DNA of 62,906 nt, counting the filler, from Chrysochromulina tobinii (Eukaryota), in assembly GCA_001275005.1 (NCBI GenBank). It is 5 parts of 5 records of this genome, joined end to end, with 100 filler letters (N's around TTAATTAATTAA, not from the genome) between each part and the next. Parts side by side here need not be neighbours in the genome. Positions count along the whole stretch, not along the records: positions 39,094 to 48,312 come from JWZX01001161.1; positions 48,413 to 60,344 come from JWZX01001163.1; 3 more parts are not named here. One strand, 5' to 3'. The position numbers and the translations under genes are program-made. Each line of letters begins with the position of its first letter. Position 1 is the stretch's first letter. Positions 45,189-56,562 of this stretch are shown in pieces. Under the pieces are notes generated by a model. That model was given only the letters and a program-made list of their open reading frames with translations, had not been told where the DNA came from and searched no databases.

Positions 45189-46055
45189 CTACTGCGCCTT
45201 CTTGGCGCCGCTGCTCGCACCGGGCTGGCGCACGGTGATGAGGTGCTGCTCCATGGCCGGGCCGCCCATCTTCATCAGCCTCATGACCACCGAGCTCCAC
45301 ATCTTGTACCACGGGTTGCTGATGCCCGCGAGGTCGAGGTTCACTTCAGATTGCTCGCACGAGAGTAGGATCTCGTCCTCGTGTGGAGGCGAGCCGGGGG
45401 CGCCAGCGAGGACGAGCTCGTCCATCTCATGCTGCATCGTGAGGCGCCCAAAGTCGATGCCCAGGAAGAGCTTGATCGTCGGCTTGGCGAGTTTGCCAAC
45501 GAGCATTCCGACCATGCCAATCTTGGCCGGGTCGCCAAGGTTGTGGTAGAGGAAGGTGACGCCAGTCTTCGGCTTGAGGTAACGTTGGCATTTTCGAAAA
45601 ATGTCGAGGAAGAGAGGCTTAGACATGACCGGGAAGCTCTCCATGTAGAGGATCGCGTCGTATCGGCCAATCGCGTCTTCCAGTGTACGGGCGTCCTGGC
45701 ACTTCGCGGTGACGTGCGCCTCGAGCTTGTGCTTGCGAATGCGATCGTTGCAAATGGCTATGCTGGGCTCGGCAATGTCCACGCCATCCACCTTGATTTT
45801 GCGGCTGCGCAGAATCTCTTGCACCGGCGGGTGCTCCAAGTAGACGCCGCTCCCAATCCCAATGTCCAACACGTGGCTGCCTTCCGGCATACGTCCGAGG
45901 ATCTTGGCAAAGGCGTGAGGTGTGGCAACGGGAGAAGCTGAGGGTCGGAAGAAGGCCGTGTAAACCTCGTCGTCGTCGTGGTGGGACATGCGGTTGACCA
46001 GCCACCACCAAACATAAACGAACATAAGGAAAGCAGCACCCGATTCGAGCAGCAT
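45189..46055 (-). CDS. Class I SAM-dependent methyltransferase with N-terminal membrane anchor
   Basis: VLDIGIGSG motif I, DGVDIAE, CQDA, YDAILYMESF. Hydrophobic N-terminus AAFLMFVYVWWWLV. Confidence 0.82.
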   Translation of the reverse strand: MLLESGAAFLMFVYVWWWLVNRMSHHDDDEVYTAFFRPSASPVATPHAFAKILGRMPEGSHVLDIGIGSGVYLEHPPVQEILRSRKIKVDGVDIAEPSIAICNDRIRKHKLEAHVTAKCQDARTLEDAIGRYDAILYMESFPVMSKPLFLDIFRKCQRYLKPKTGVTFLYHNLGDPAKIGMVGMLVGKLAKPTIKLFLGIDFGRLTMQHEMDELVLAGAPGSPPHEDEILLSCEQSEVNLDLAGISNPWYKMWSSVVMRLMKMGGPAMEQHLITVRQPGASSGAKKAQ

Positions 46056-46233
46056 TTTTGTCTCAATGAGCTCAATGATCGATGTTTCGAGCTCATGGCG
46101 GCGCGCGCTCTCCGTGGAGGTTGCATGACTATGTCTGGACACTGACGTGTTTTCTCGAGCGATACATGTATCGAGATCGAGATCGTTTCCCCCCCACCCC
46201 ACGGGAATCGGGGAAGCTATTTCAGTGCTTTCA

Positions 46234-47805
46234 ATGCCGTCCTGCCCGAACGCAATCGCCGCCACGCTACTGCTGTCACTGCTGCCCTCGCACACGACGA
46301 GTGCCGCCTACCTGGGGCTGCGCAACCAGGGCAACACATGCTACATGAACAGCCTGCTGCAGTCGCTGCACCACCTGCCCGAGTTCCGGCGCGCCATTTA
46401 CAGCATCCCGACGTCGCTGCAGTCGAACGCGTCGTCGGCCACGGAAAACTTGTTCGCTCTCGCGCTGCAGCGCCTCTTTTTCCAACTCGAGTGCGGCGAG
46501 CTCGTCGGCGCCTCTGAGGTGGGCACGGAGCAGCTCACGCGCAGCTTTGGCTGGACACGTGCCGATGTCATGGTGCAGCAGGACGTGCAGGAGTTTGCGC
46601 GGATGCTGTGCGACGCGTTGCAGCAGAGCATGCGTGCGCACGGCATGCGTGACGCGGTCGCCGAGCTCTTCGAGGGGCGCACGAGCTCGGTCACGCGCTG
46701 CACGCGCGTCGACTTCAGCTCTGAGAAGGAGGAGCGCTTCTATGACCTGTCGCTGCCTGTACAAGGTTGCCGCTCGTTGCACGCGGCGCTGCGCCAGTTC
46801 GTGCACGCGGAGCAGCTGTGCGGCGCCAACCAGTACAACACGCGCGACCCGCGCTTCGGCAAGCAGGACGCGCGCCGCGCCACGCGCTTCAAGTCTCTAC
46901 CGCCGGTGCTCCAGGTGAATCTCGATGAATCTCGACGAATCTCGATGAATCTCGAGCGCGTCGGGCAGACTGAGGGCCTCTGACCACCTCTGACCACCTC
47001 TGACGACCTCTGATGGGTGCCTGTGCAGGTGCATCTGAAGCGCTTCGAGTATGACGTCGAGAGCGGCTCGATGCGCAAGCTGCAGCAGGCCTTCAGCTTC
47101 CCAACGCGGCTGAGCCTCGCGCGCTTCATGGCTGAGAGTGCCCGGAACGGCGCTGGCGCCCCGCCGCCCGAGTACGAGCTCCATGCAGTCCTCTCCCACG
47201 GGGGTGACGCGGGCAGCGGGCATTACATCGCGTACGTGCGCCCACGCGGCACGGCACAGTGGTGGGAGTTTGACGACACGCGCGTGCGGCAGGTGGAGGA
47301 ACACGTGGCGGTGAAGCAGCAGTTCGGAGGGCGGCACTCTCCCGTGAATACACGCAATGGCGGCGGCCTCTTCGGCTTCGGCGGCGGCCCGATGAATGCA
47401 TACATGCTCGTCTACGTACGCCGTGATCTGATCGTCGCCCGGGACGGCGCCGGTGCGCCCTCCTCCTCCGCCGCCACCGCCGCGTCACCGGCCGCCTCGG
47501 GAGATGTGACAGAGCCGAGATTGGGAGATGTGACGGAGCCGAGATCGGGAGATGTGACGGAGCCGAGATTGGGAGATGTGACGGAGCCGAGATCGGCGCT
47601 CGCGCCCGAGGTACGCGCCGCCTTTGAGCGCGAGCTCGGGCTGCGCTCGCGACGACGGCGCGCGGCGACGCCGGCAGTAGCCTCCGCCGCATCAGCCAGA
47701 GTGGCGGTGGGCGCCGTGATGGGCGCCCCTGGCGTGGCGATCAACAGCGTGGACTTCGAGGCGCCGGAAGGGGAGGCCCATGCGGCCGAGGTGGACGAGG
47801 AGTGA
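46234..47805 (+). CDS. Ubiquitin-specific protease (USP7-like catalytic domain only); intron 46915-47028
   Basis: Cys box GLRNQGNTCYMNSLLQ, QQDVQEF, LPPVLQ|VHLKRF, His box HGGDAGSGHYIAY, WEFDD and NAYMLVY. Confidence 0.9.
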
Positions 47806-48312
47806 AAAACTGTAGTTGATAAGACAAATCGACGCCACGGCCTCGGAGCGTCGCTCGGAGGTCCGTATTTTTTAACGGTCAATGGGGTTCTGATTCTGTT
47901 CTAAGCGTGCGGCGGGTGCCGCGCTTATAATGCTTAGTTGTGCCTTAGTTTCCTATAAAGCTCGCGCCAGACGCTACAGTCCATCGGAACAGCCCTCGCG
48001 CAGGCCCCCGATCGCTCCCATCGTCGGCTTGGATGAGTGGTGAGAAAAAGACTTGACTTTGCCTGGACGGAAAAACGGAGGCGGAAGCGAGGGAAATAGA
48101 GGCGATGACGGCGAGGGTGACGGCGTATGAGGCAAGCCAAGGGGGCCACCGCGCCACCCAAGCACAAGCGAACGATGCGGCACGAGACGCCACAACCAAA
48201 GATACGCCACGGACGGCGCCGTTGCAAGCAAGCCCCACGGACGGAGAACCGGCGGCCACAGCACCGACGCCACCGGCACCAGCAGGCAAGGAAGAACCCA
48301 CGAGCGACGAAG

Positions 48313-48412
48313 NNNNNNNNNNNNNNNNNNNNNNNNNNNNNNNNNNNNNNNNNNNNTTAATTAATTAANNNNNNNNNNNNNNNNNNNNNNNNNNNNNNNN
48401 NNNNNNNNNNNN
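48313..48412. other. Assembly spacer
   Basis: N-run + TTAATTAATTAA + N-run. Confidence 0.97.
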
Positions 48413-48579
48413 TAGGTTCGTGCGCGGAGCAAAGGGACTAGGGTCACATTCTGGCTCCGTCGAAGACATACGGACGCCCCTCCCTCTCCCAGCCCCTTGG
48501 GTCACACGCGATATTTGGGGAATTGACGAATCCGTTCGATGTTCACTGTGATACAGTTTCTCGAAATCCCTACAGTATA

Positions 48580-50967
48580 CTACATGCTTCCCAGCCCACG
48601 CCCGCCGCGCCCGCCGCGCCCGCCGCGCCCACCGCGCCTTCCAGCACCGCATGCGCGACCAGAGTCCAGACTGGGATGCGGGCATGCTGGTTGCGATGTC
48701 AACGGCGGCTGTTGCAAGGACAGCAAAGGCTCGGTTTCGGGAGGCAGCCATGCTGGCATTGTCCGTGGCTGCGGTGGTGCTGCCTTGATGGGCGCTGCTT
48801 GCGCCGAGGCTGGGCAAGATGCCATGGAAAGCAAATCTCGTTCTCGAATGAGTGCACGCAGTGCAATGTTTGGCGTCAGGTCCTTGTGGGCAAGGGCCTC
48901 ATTCGTGAGGGGGGACGTGTCGTGCGTTGCTAGCCACGTGGCAATCATGCTCCGCTCGTAAGTATGACCATCGGCTGTGAAGACTGGGTCAATCATCAAC
49001 ACATGCGAGATGGGGCACAGGAATTGCGCGGGCACGCCTTCGCCGCCGTCGTGTTCCAAGAAGCGCGGCGGAGGTGCGAACATGGCGCACGCCGCCGCCG
49101 AGCTAGATGCACTTGGCGTGGTCAAGTGCTCGAAGGGCACCGCCACCTGCTCCGGCGGCGTGGGGTGCTCTGTCCTCGATGTGGACACCAAGGCTCTCTC
49201 AGATGGCGCTCGATACGGCGCTTCGTGAGCCACGGCTACCTGTAACGCGGGTCGCTCAGACCATGGCAGCACAGGAGGCAACTCGGATGGTGGCAGCGGT
49301 AATAGGTCAGGCTGAGAGATGGGTGGCGGCATCTCCGTTGACGTATGCCATGAATGCGCTGGCGCTGGCTCCGCGGCCGCCTCCGCGTACTGCTCGGGTC
49401 GCACCCTGCCGGCGGCGGCCGACGCCCGAGTGACCTCATTGCGATTCAGCCGGAGCGCCCCCCTGGACGGAAAATTGACCTCCAGCTGCCGGCCCACCTT
49501 GGTGACCACCCCTACATGGCCGACGTAGGGCACGAGCCGCGAGAATCTCCCCTGCTCGAGCTCACCTGCATCTGCGCCGAGAACGCGTACTTGGACAGCA
49601 TCACCGACGTTCACCCCCAAGCTCAACGTTACGGGCGCACGGCGTGCCTCCTGCGCAGTGCCAGAGCGGGGCGGTGCTGTTGGCGGAGATGCTGCCGGTA
49701 GCCCCTCATTCACATTCACAGATGCTGCCGGTAGCCCCACAGCTAGAGGCGCTGCCGCAAATGATGGATGTGCCAAGGGACCGTTCGAGACGGCGCTCGC
49801 GACGTGCTGCACGCCTTGTGACGGCCCCGTTGGAGGTGCTTTGCTCGGTGGTAGCATGGCCTCGGGTGTGTGCCCGGTGGCGCGGATGACACTGCGCAGC
49901 GCGTCCGCACGCACATAATCCTTGCGTCGCTTCGCACTCCGCCATTCTAATGCCATCTGGTACAGCTCGGCATACCCAAGTCCTTGAGGACAAGCGTCCT
50001 CACCCTTGTCCTCGCCCTCGTCGTCTTCCTCGTCGCCGTCGCCCTCCACCACCTCCTCCTCCTCCACCTCCTCCTCCTCCTCACCCTCCTCACCCTCCTC
50101 GCCATCGTCGCCCTCGTCGCCCTCGTTGCCCTCGTCGCCCTCCTCGCCCTCGTTGCCCTCGTCGCCCTCCTCGCCCGTCGTGTTGGCCTCCTCCCCTGCC
50201 TGCGCGCTCCACACGATCGGCTGACGCAGCCGCTCTGCCAGCTCACGCTTCTCTTGCCGCCTTGCCGCCTTGCGTAAAACATCGCGCACCTCGCGCGCCT
50301 GACCAAGAAGCCCTGAGGAGTTTGCCGACGATACGCCAGCAGAAACGGCATCTTCGATAGCCACGCGCAGCGCTTCACGGTCGCCCACATCTATTGCTCG
50401 ACGCAGCGCCTCCTTGCATCCCTCGGCGTGCAGCCGCCGCCTCTCCTTGAGGACCTCCTCGCCCGCACGCTGTACTTCGCGTGCCGTGGCAGCCGCGGTG
50501 AGCGCATCAGCGCTGCCGGCCGGCGGCCGCCTCTGCAAGTCGGCCCATTTGCAACTGAATACGCGTCCGAGCGATGAAAAGTACACGTCGGCACCCTGAC
50601 CGGCGATCGTCTCATTACTCGCCGGCCCGCAAATCTCGCCCCGAGTCCCATTCTCAAGCTCAAGCTTTTTGAGCGACTTATTGGTATACCACACAGTTTC
50701 ATGGATGTCAAACTCAAGGGGCAGCTTAGGTGGCCGACGCGTGATCAAGTGAATGCGGAGGCACGAGAGGACACCACATTGGAAGCGCACGTCAACTGCC
50801 CCGTCTTCGCCCTTGTACGGCGAAACCGTTGCGGGCCCCAGCACGGTTCCAACGTCACCATATCCAACGAAGCCACCCGTGGGTACTATCGTCGCCGTAT
50901 GAGAGACGAAGTATGCCGTCGAGTTTGGCATGAACAAATCGGAGATGGCGGCGGCCATTCCTTGCAC
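48580..50967 (-). CDS. U-box E3 ligase-like multidomain protein
   Basis: U-box FLCPISHVLMIDPVFTADGHTYERSMIATWL...SPLTNEAL....LTPNIALRALI. Also an acidic tract, SH3/KOW-like beta repeats and an RGG tail. Confidence 0.82.
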   Translation of the reverse strand: MQGMAAAISDLFMPNSTAYFVSHTATIVPTGGFVGYGDVGTVLGPATVSPYKGEDGAVDVRFQCGVLSCLRIHLITRRPPKLPLEFDIHETVWYTNKSLKKLELENGTRGEICGPASNETIAGQGADVYFSSLGRVFSCKWADLQRRPPAGSADALTAAATAREVQRAGEEVLKERRRLHAEGCKEALRRAIDVGDREALRVAIEDAVSAGVSSANSSGLLGQAREVRDVLRKAARRQEKRELAERLRQPIVWSAQAGEEANTTGEEGDEGNEGEEGDEGNEGDEGDDGEEGEEGEEEEEVEEEEVVEGDGDEEDDEGEDKGEDACPQGLGYAELYQMALEWRSAKRRKDYVRADALRSVIRATGHTPEAMLPPSKAPPTGPSQGVQHVASAVSNGPLAHPSFAAAPLAVGLPAASVNVNEGLPAASPPTAPPRSGTAQEARRAPVTLSLGVNVGDAVQVRVLGADAGELEQGRFSRLVPYVGHVGVVTKVGRQLEVNFPSRGALRLNRNEVTRASAAAGRVRPEQYAEAAAEPAPAHSWHTSTEMPPPISQPDLLPLPPSELPPVLPWSERPALQVAVAHEAPYRAPSERALVSTSRTEHPTPPEQVAVPFEHLTTPSASSSAAACAMFAPPPRFLEHDGGEGVPAQFLCPISHVLMIDPVFTADGHTYERSMIATWLATHDTSPLTNEALAHKDLTPNIALRALIRERDLLSMASCPASAQAAPIKAAPPQPRTMPAWLPPETEPLLSLQQPPLTSQPACPHPSLDSGRACGAGRRGGRGGRGGRGGRGLGSM

Positions 50968-51433
50968 AGGGACCTCGTCAATCTCGCGAATTGTTTCAGG
51001 TCAGTTTCGTCCGATGGTCGCCCCGCACCGGATGTACGCCGCACCGGTGTTTTGGGTGTCGAATTATAACCATTGGCTGTGAAAGCACCAGAGTCGAGAG
51101 TGCTGATCACGCGGCTTCCCCACCCCCCGTGTAACGAATCTCGCACGTTTCAATTTTCGCTTTTTCGGTTAATATCTGCTGTAGAAGCTAGAACGATTGA
51201 TGATGTATCAGTAGCTGCAGTGCTCAAAGTGCTGAGGTAAGAGGTGCGGTGGCGTTGAGCCGACGGCAGGTCTTCTGCACTGCCAGGTGGTCTGCTCAAA
51301 GTGCTGAGGTACCGGTCTGCAGGTCTGCGCAGCAGTCTCCGGGGTGTGACGGTTAAGTGGCTCGGTGATGGGTCCGAGAGCGCATCCAAGCCCCCGGCCA
51401 CCCACTCGGTCGCTCAAAAACCGGGATGGCAGG

Positions 51434-53190
51434 TCAGCGCGCGGGTGCGTTCCACGCCTTGCCGTGGCCACACCGCTTGGCGACAGTGCAGACGGCCGCG
51501 AGAAGCTGTACGCCAGAGTACCATGGAGAGCTCACGAGCGCGCCGTGCGCGGCCGCCTGTCGCAGGCAGCCGCGCGCCTCTTGGCTGGCGATTTGGAGCA
51601 ACGCACTCTCGATGTGCTCGGCGCTCGTCAGGTTGAGAAGCTCGAGAGGGTAGCCCACGCGTCGCGCCGCGTCCAAGTAGGCCGCCATCGGGTAGCCGAT
51701 CACCGGGATTCCATGCGAGAACCACCAATGCATGCGTGTAGGCGGCCGGTTGTGGATGGCCATCGGCCCACCCTGCTGGTGCCCCGGCCTCCACACAAGT
51801 CCAACCTGATGAGGGATGCAATCAGAGGCCCTCAGAAGCCATCAGAGGCAATCAGATCGGACTCCGCAAAAGTCCCACCTGATGAGGGATGCAATCAGAT
51901 CGGACTCCGCACAAGCCGTACGTCGATCAAGCGCAGTAGGGCTTCGGACTCGTAGAAGCGGCGCTGGCGCGTGGGGTCGTCCGGATTGGCTACGCCGGCT
52001 GCAATGGTCGCCGCCGCCGTGGCGACGGCACGGGCGCTCGCGACGGCGCTGGAGCTCGGGACGGCGCTCGGTTTGGCTCGCAAGTGGCATGCAATTGGCA
52101 GCGCGAGCGGCTCCAACTCTGCGAGAGGGTGCGGCATTGGCGCATCGATAGCGCGCGGGCGCGCCGCTCGCGCGCCGCCGCGCCGGTGCAGCGCCGCTGC
52201 GCTCGCGCTCGCATTCTCCGAGAACCACTCCGTGTTCGAGCAGTTATGGTGGTACGGTTGGATTCGCATGCCGTCTGCTGCCGAGTTGATCACGTACAGC
52301 GTCGTGTTGGCGCGACAGCAGCCGCGCACGATACTTCGCATGTCGTCGCGCGTCGGCATGTTCTTGGCGTCCGACATGACGAACCCGACGCCACGCAGTC
52401 GCTCGCGCGTCGACGCCGCCACGCTCCAACCGCCCAGGTTGCCGTGAGCGTGCGGCAGCACGATCGCCGTGTGGCCCCACTTTGCAATCTCGGCAGCGTG
52501 AAATTCGGTCTGCACAATCATCGCGTCCATCGCCGAGTAGTGCTCGTTTGAAAACGTCGCCTGGCTGAACGCACGATGGTTGTCGATCGAATCGCCGATG
52601 ACCACGGCGCCACGGCGGCGGCACGCCGCTGCAAACCACGCTACCGGATACTTGAGAATGATGCACGCCGACGGCCCGCCGATTTGGTCAAAGTGCCATT
52701 CGAGGCGCCGCGAGTCGCGGGTCGTATTGACCGGCGAGGTGACCAAGATGTACGAGCACTGCGCGCCGTGCCGTGCCACGCTCTGATTGAGCACGCTCAC
52801 CATGAGCTGCCCGCGCATGACCATCGACGCGAGCCCGTTGGTGCCGATGATGACAATGCGTGCGCCAGCGGCGCAGCGCTCGAGACGTGTGACGTCGTCC
52901 TCGCCTTGGCTAATCACGCGACGTTCGAGTTGTGGCAGCCGGCAGGGACGGGGAGTGGCCACAGCCGATGCATGTATCAGCATTCGGCGAGGGCGCCGCC
53001 TCGAGCATGTTGAAGAATGAAACCCCACCACCCTACTCCCATCACCTGATCGCATCACCAACGGTACCACACCGGCCTCAAGCTCAACCACCTCGGCCTC
53101 TACGCTGAACGCTGCCTCGGTCACTTTTGTGCGCATGCCCGACTTGGCCGCTCTAGGTCTAGAGCCCGCACTACAGTACATTGAATACAT
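51434..53190 (-). CDS. Hypothetical protein, possibly glycosyltransferase-like (intron 51806-51921)
   Basis: Long exon ...LLRLID| splices to VGLVWRPG...RPPTRMHWWFSHGIPVIGYP, reminiscent of a GT-B C-terminal lobe. Function is inference and the start is uncertain. Confidence 0.6.
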
Positions 53191-53231
53191 GTGGAAACAT
53201 GATGTTAAACATGTCGCAAAGCGACTATACC

Positions 53232-53415
53232 CGCCTATTCATCAGTAAACCGATCGCCCTTCGCCTCCTATACCTATTGACCTATTTCACGCTACGCGCC
53301 TATTGCCTATTTTATAACCTATTTTGTATTTAACGCCTATTATCCTCCAATTCAACCTACTTCCGTTACTTTACCTCCCGATTCACCCGAACTATACACG
53401 TTATTCACCTATACG
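53232..53415. repeat. AT-rich, pyrimidine-skewed tract with nine dispersed CCTAT motifs
   Basis: Direct reading; G is very rare on the + strand. Confidence 0.75.
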
Positions 53416-53636
53416 CCGGTTGCCTCTCTCTACACGCCTCCTGTATCCTCGCGCGCGCGATCTTGTTGCCTTGCGCAATCCGGCGCGGCCATTCTCGGCG
53501 TAGCCAAGCTCTTGTTCCGATGGTGCTCCCCACATATGGAAATCTGGTCCAGATCTCGTTCACGGTCTGAAACCCCATCCTCTGATTATCCTCTGATAGA
53601 AATGGAGACCATGCGCTCGTAGCATCTGGCGCACCT

Positions 53637-54624
53637 CTAGCGCACCTCCATGTCTTTCTGGCGATCACATCTGCCATCGAGTTCTACAAGGAGAATCTCG
53701 ACGGGGATGCTCCAATCCACCCTTTGTTGGACGACAGCGACCTCGATGGTGGTCCTTGTCTTATTGTGCGTGTGGTGCGCAGTGGCGCCAGTGCACAGCT
53801 CAGTGGAGCTCTCAATGGAGAACATCAGTACACGTCTCAGTGGAGACTATAACGCAAAAACAGTATGTCATCTACATGTACTGGCTCTCCAACCCGGCGC
53901 TCGAGCTCGAGCTCGACGATCATTAGTTGCCTCTGGACTGACGCTCCGACTGCAGGTACGAGGTAACAACAAACTGCGGAGGACGCAGAGCTCACTTATG
54001 AGCTGGACTTCACCGACTCTATTTGCGAGAGAGAGCAAGAGTGTCTGCAGACGTGCAGAGCGTCGCTCGCCGTGACATAGGATTCCTACATGTACGATCG
54101 AGTCCATCTGTGTCAGTTTCCATGGAGTTGACATGAACAACTTTGGCGTGGGGTCGCGCAACGGAAATAACGTTATGCATGCGATGCAACTGCTTTGAAC
54201 GTTGTGTCGTGAGACCGAATACTAAATACTTGTCAAACTCGTGATTTTCGTACAGTGTCTCCTTGTACAGACGCGTCGCGCGCTGATCGATGTCGGTCAC
54301 CCGCGCCGTCATAGCGGCGGCGTGCCAGCCAGCGTGCTGCAAACCACGCACGAGAGTCGATTCGAAGGCACAAGATGCACTCAAGTTCTATCGAGTTCAA
54401 CCCGGTGCTGCCATCAATCTCAATCAATTCGAGGCCTTCAGAGAGGCTTATCACACCTGCACGTCATGGATCAGATGGGCGTCATGCATGATGTGGACAC
54501 GAAGCCATTCAGAGGCTGGCACGTCAGCCGTCCGAAGCGCCGCGTAGCCCGCAGGCAGCTCATGCACCGCCCTCTGGCGGTACAGCCGGCGCCACACCAC
54601 CTGCTCACCAAGGTCATCATACAT
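53637..54624 (-). pseudogene. Fragmented coding region, including a possible C-terminal piece of a second FkbM/Methyltransf_21 domain
   Basis: MYDDLGEQ...HDVQ|GT...CAG|HAGWHAA...SRK*, then the separate fragment VDWSIPVEILLVELDG....KD.EVR*. Confidence 0.35.
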
Positions 54625-55496
54625 TAACCAGCTCCACGAAATGGACGCCCAGACCCCAGAGCCAAGTGTGTGTCACGCCCTCTTTCAAACGTCTGTACGA
54701 TTGTGTACTTGTACTTTTCCATAAGTAGCTTTACTGCGGGCGTGCCTGGCCCGCCCTCGATGAAAATGTGCTGCGGCTTGCAGTGCCGTAGCACACGATC
54801 GGCGCCAAGGAACACTTCCTGCTCGTGTTGCTCCACGTCGATCTTGAGTGCAACAACGGGAGATGAACATAGCGTCGCGTCTGTGCCGCCGAACACAATG
54901 TCGTCAAGCTGCGCAGTGGGCACCTCGTCGCCATCACAGTAGCCACTTTCATTAACCGTGACCGACATGGTCCCCATATTCTGACTTTTGGCGAGCTTCA
55001 TGCACGCCGTGCCATTGCTCGTACTGCTCAGCGCCACAGGCGCCACAACTACAGCGTGTGAATGAGCAATAGGACCAAGCGCACAGATGCTCGCGCGCAG
55101 ACGCCAGGCGTTGCGCGGACTAGCCTCAACCAGCAGGCCGGAGTACCCAGCAGCAAGCAAAGGCAGAGAGAAGGTGCCGATGTTGGCTCCTATGTCCATG
55201 AAGATCGCTGCAGGCGTCGACTGCGTGAGAAGCTGTAGCATGAGCCCAACAACTGTGCGCCGCGTCTTCTCGTTGTTCCGATGACTCCAGGAGCCATGCT
55301 CGAGCAGCCCTTTAGAAATCAGACGGTCTTCCGCAGGTGGGTGCACGTACACTGACACAGATGGCACATATAGCGCTGGACTTCCGGCGGTTGATGCCAC
55401 ATGAAAGCCCGTCATGTTTGCAACGAGCACAGGCCTACCAGCTAAAACTCCCAACTTGTCGGGTTGTGCACATCCGAGGACACCTCTTTGCAGCAT
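54624..55496 (-). CDS. FkbM-family methyltransferase
   Basis: FMDIGANIGTFSL, VEASPRN, PVALS, LDDI, LKIDVEQHEQEVFLGA and IFIE. Start uncertain. Confidence 0.85.
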   Translation of the reverse strand: MLQRGVLGCAQPDKLGVLAGRPVLVANMTGFHVASTAGSPALYVPSVSVYVHPPAEDRLISKGLLEHGSWSHRNNEKTRRTVVGLMLQLLTQSTPAAIFMDIGANIGTFSLPLLAAGYSGLLVEASPRNAWRLRASICALGPIAHSHAVVVAPVALSSTSNGTACMKLAKSQNMGTMSVTVNESGYCDGDEVPTAQLDDIVFGGTDATLCSSPVVALKIDVEQHEQEVFLGADRVLRHCKPQHIFIEGGPGTPAVKLLMEKYKYTIVQTFERGRDTHLALGSGRPFRGAG

Positions 55497-56562
55497 CCAA
55501 CGCCTGGGTTCCTCGCGTCCAGTACGGGTCTGATGAGGGTGGGGCACGACAAACGCGGCGAATCTGTGCTGACCCACGACGGAAAACACAAGACGGGCGA
55601 CGCCATTGCTTGTCGAGAGGTGTGAACGTTAACACGACAGACGCGACAACCGGTGCTACGTCACTGTTACTGCCCGCGATGTGTGTTAGAAGTCACACAG
55701 ACACACATTCACATTCACACACACACACATTCACACCATGGCGGGTACCGCGCGGGGGCGGTTTAAGTCGATTACCCCCGCGGTTTAGAAGGGCGACATG
55801 CCCATGTTTAGCTTGAAGCTCATGCCTCATGGCGGGAGCGGCGAGGAGATGTGTGTGAGTCGCAACTGAAACAGAAAAGGATCGAAAACAAATCACGCGC
55901 CGCGCTCCGCGTCCGCGCGCCGTACCCCTCTCTGTGGCGTTCATACACAACACACACTTCGGTTCAGTCGGGTAGCTCACTGAGCTCTTCACCTCACACT
56001 AACTCACTAAGAGGGGATGACCTCTCCACACGGTTGTCACAACAGAACAGGTTCCCGGGAGTGGGCGGCTACCCACAGTGACCCCCTTCGCCGACTCCTG
56101 GCAACTCGTGGCACGGCTCTGATGCCGGATCCAACGTGACACACATGTACGCTCCGGATCCAACTGAAGCCGGTGCGACGGTGAGCGCCAGCGGCAGAGG
56201 CGGAAGCGGCGGCGGCGACGGGGGCGGCATCGGCGGCAGCGGCGGCGGCGGCGGCGGCGGCGGCAGCAAAGGCGGTGGCGGCGGCGGTGGCGGCGGCGGC
56301 GGCAGCGGCGGCGGCCTCAGGATGGGCTGGTGGGGCATCGCGACGGGAGAAACTGGCAGAAATGAGAGTCCACGAGGGCCTGAGAGTGCAGCCTGCGCTA
56401 CAGATCGAGGATGCAGAGAAAGGGGAGGGAGGACCAGGGGAGGGAGGACCTGGGACACCGAGGGTAAGCGGAGACCAGCGATTGCATCATTTGGAGCGAA
56501 GAATGATGCAGTCGCCGCTCCCGGCATCGGAAGCGTCACAGGCGCATGCCAAGAAGCAGACG

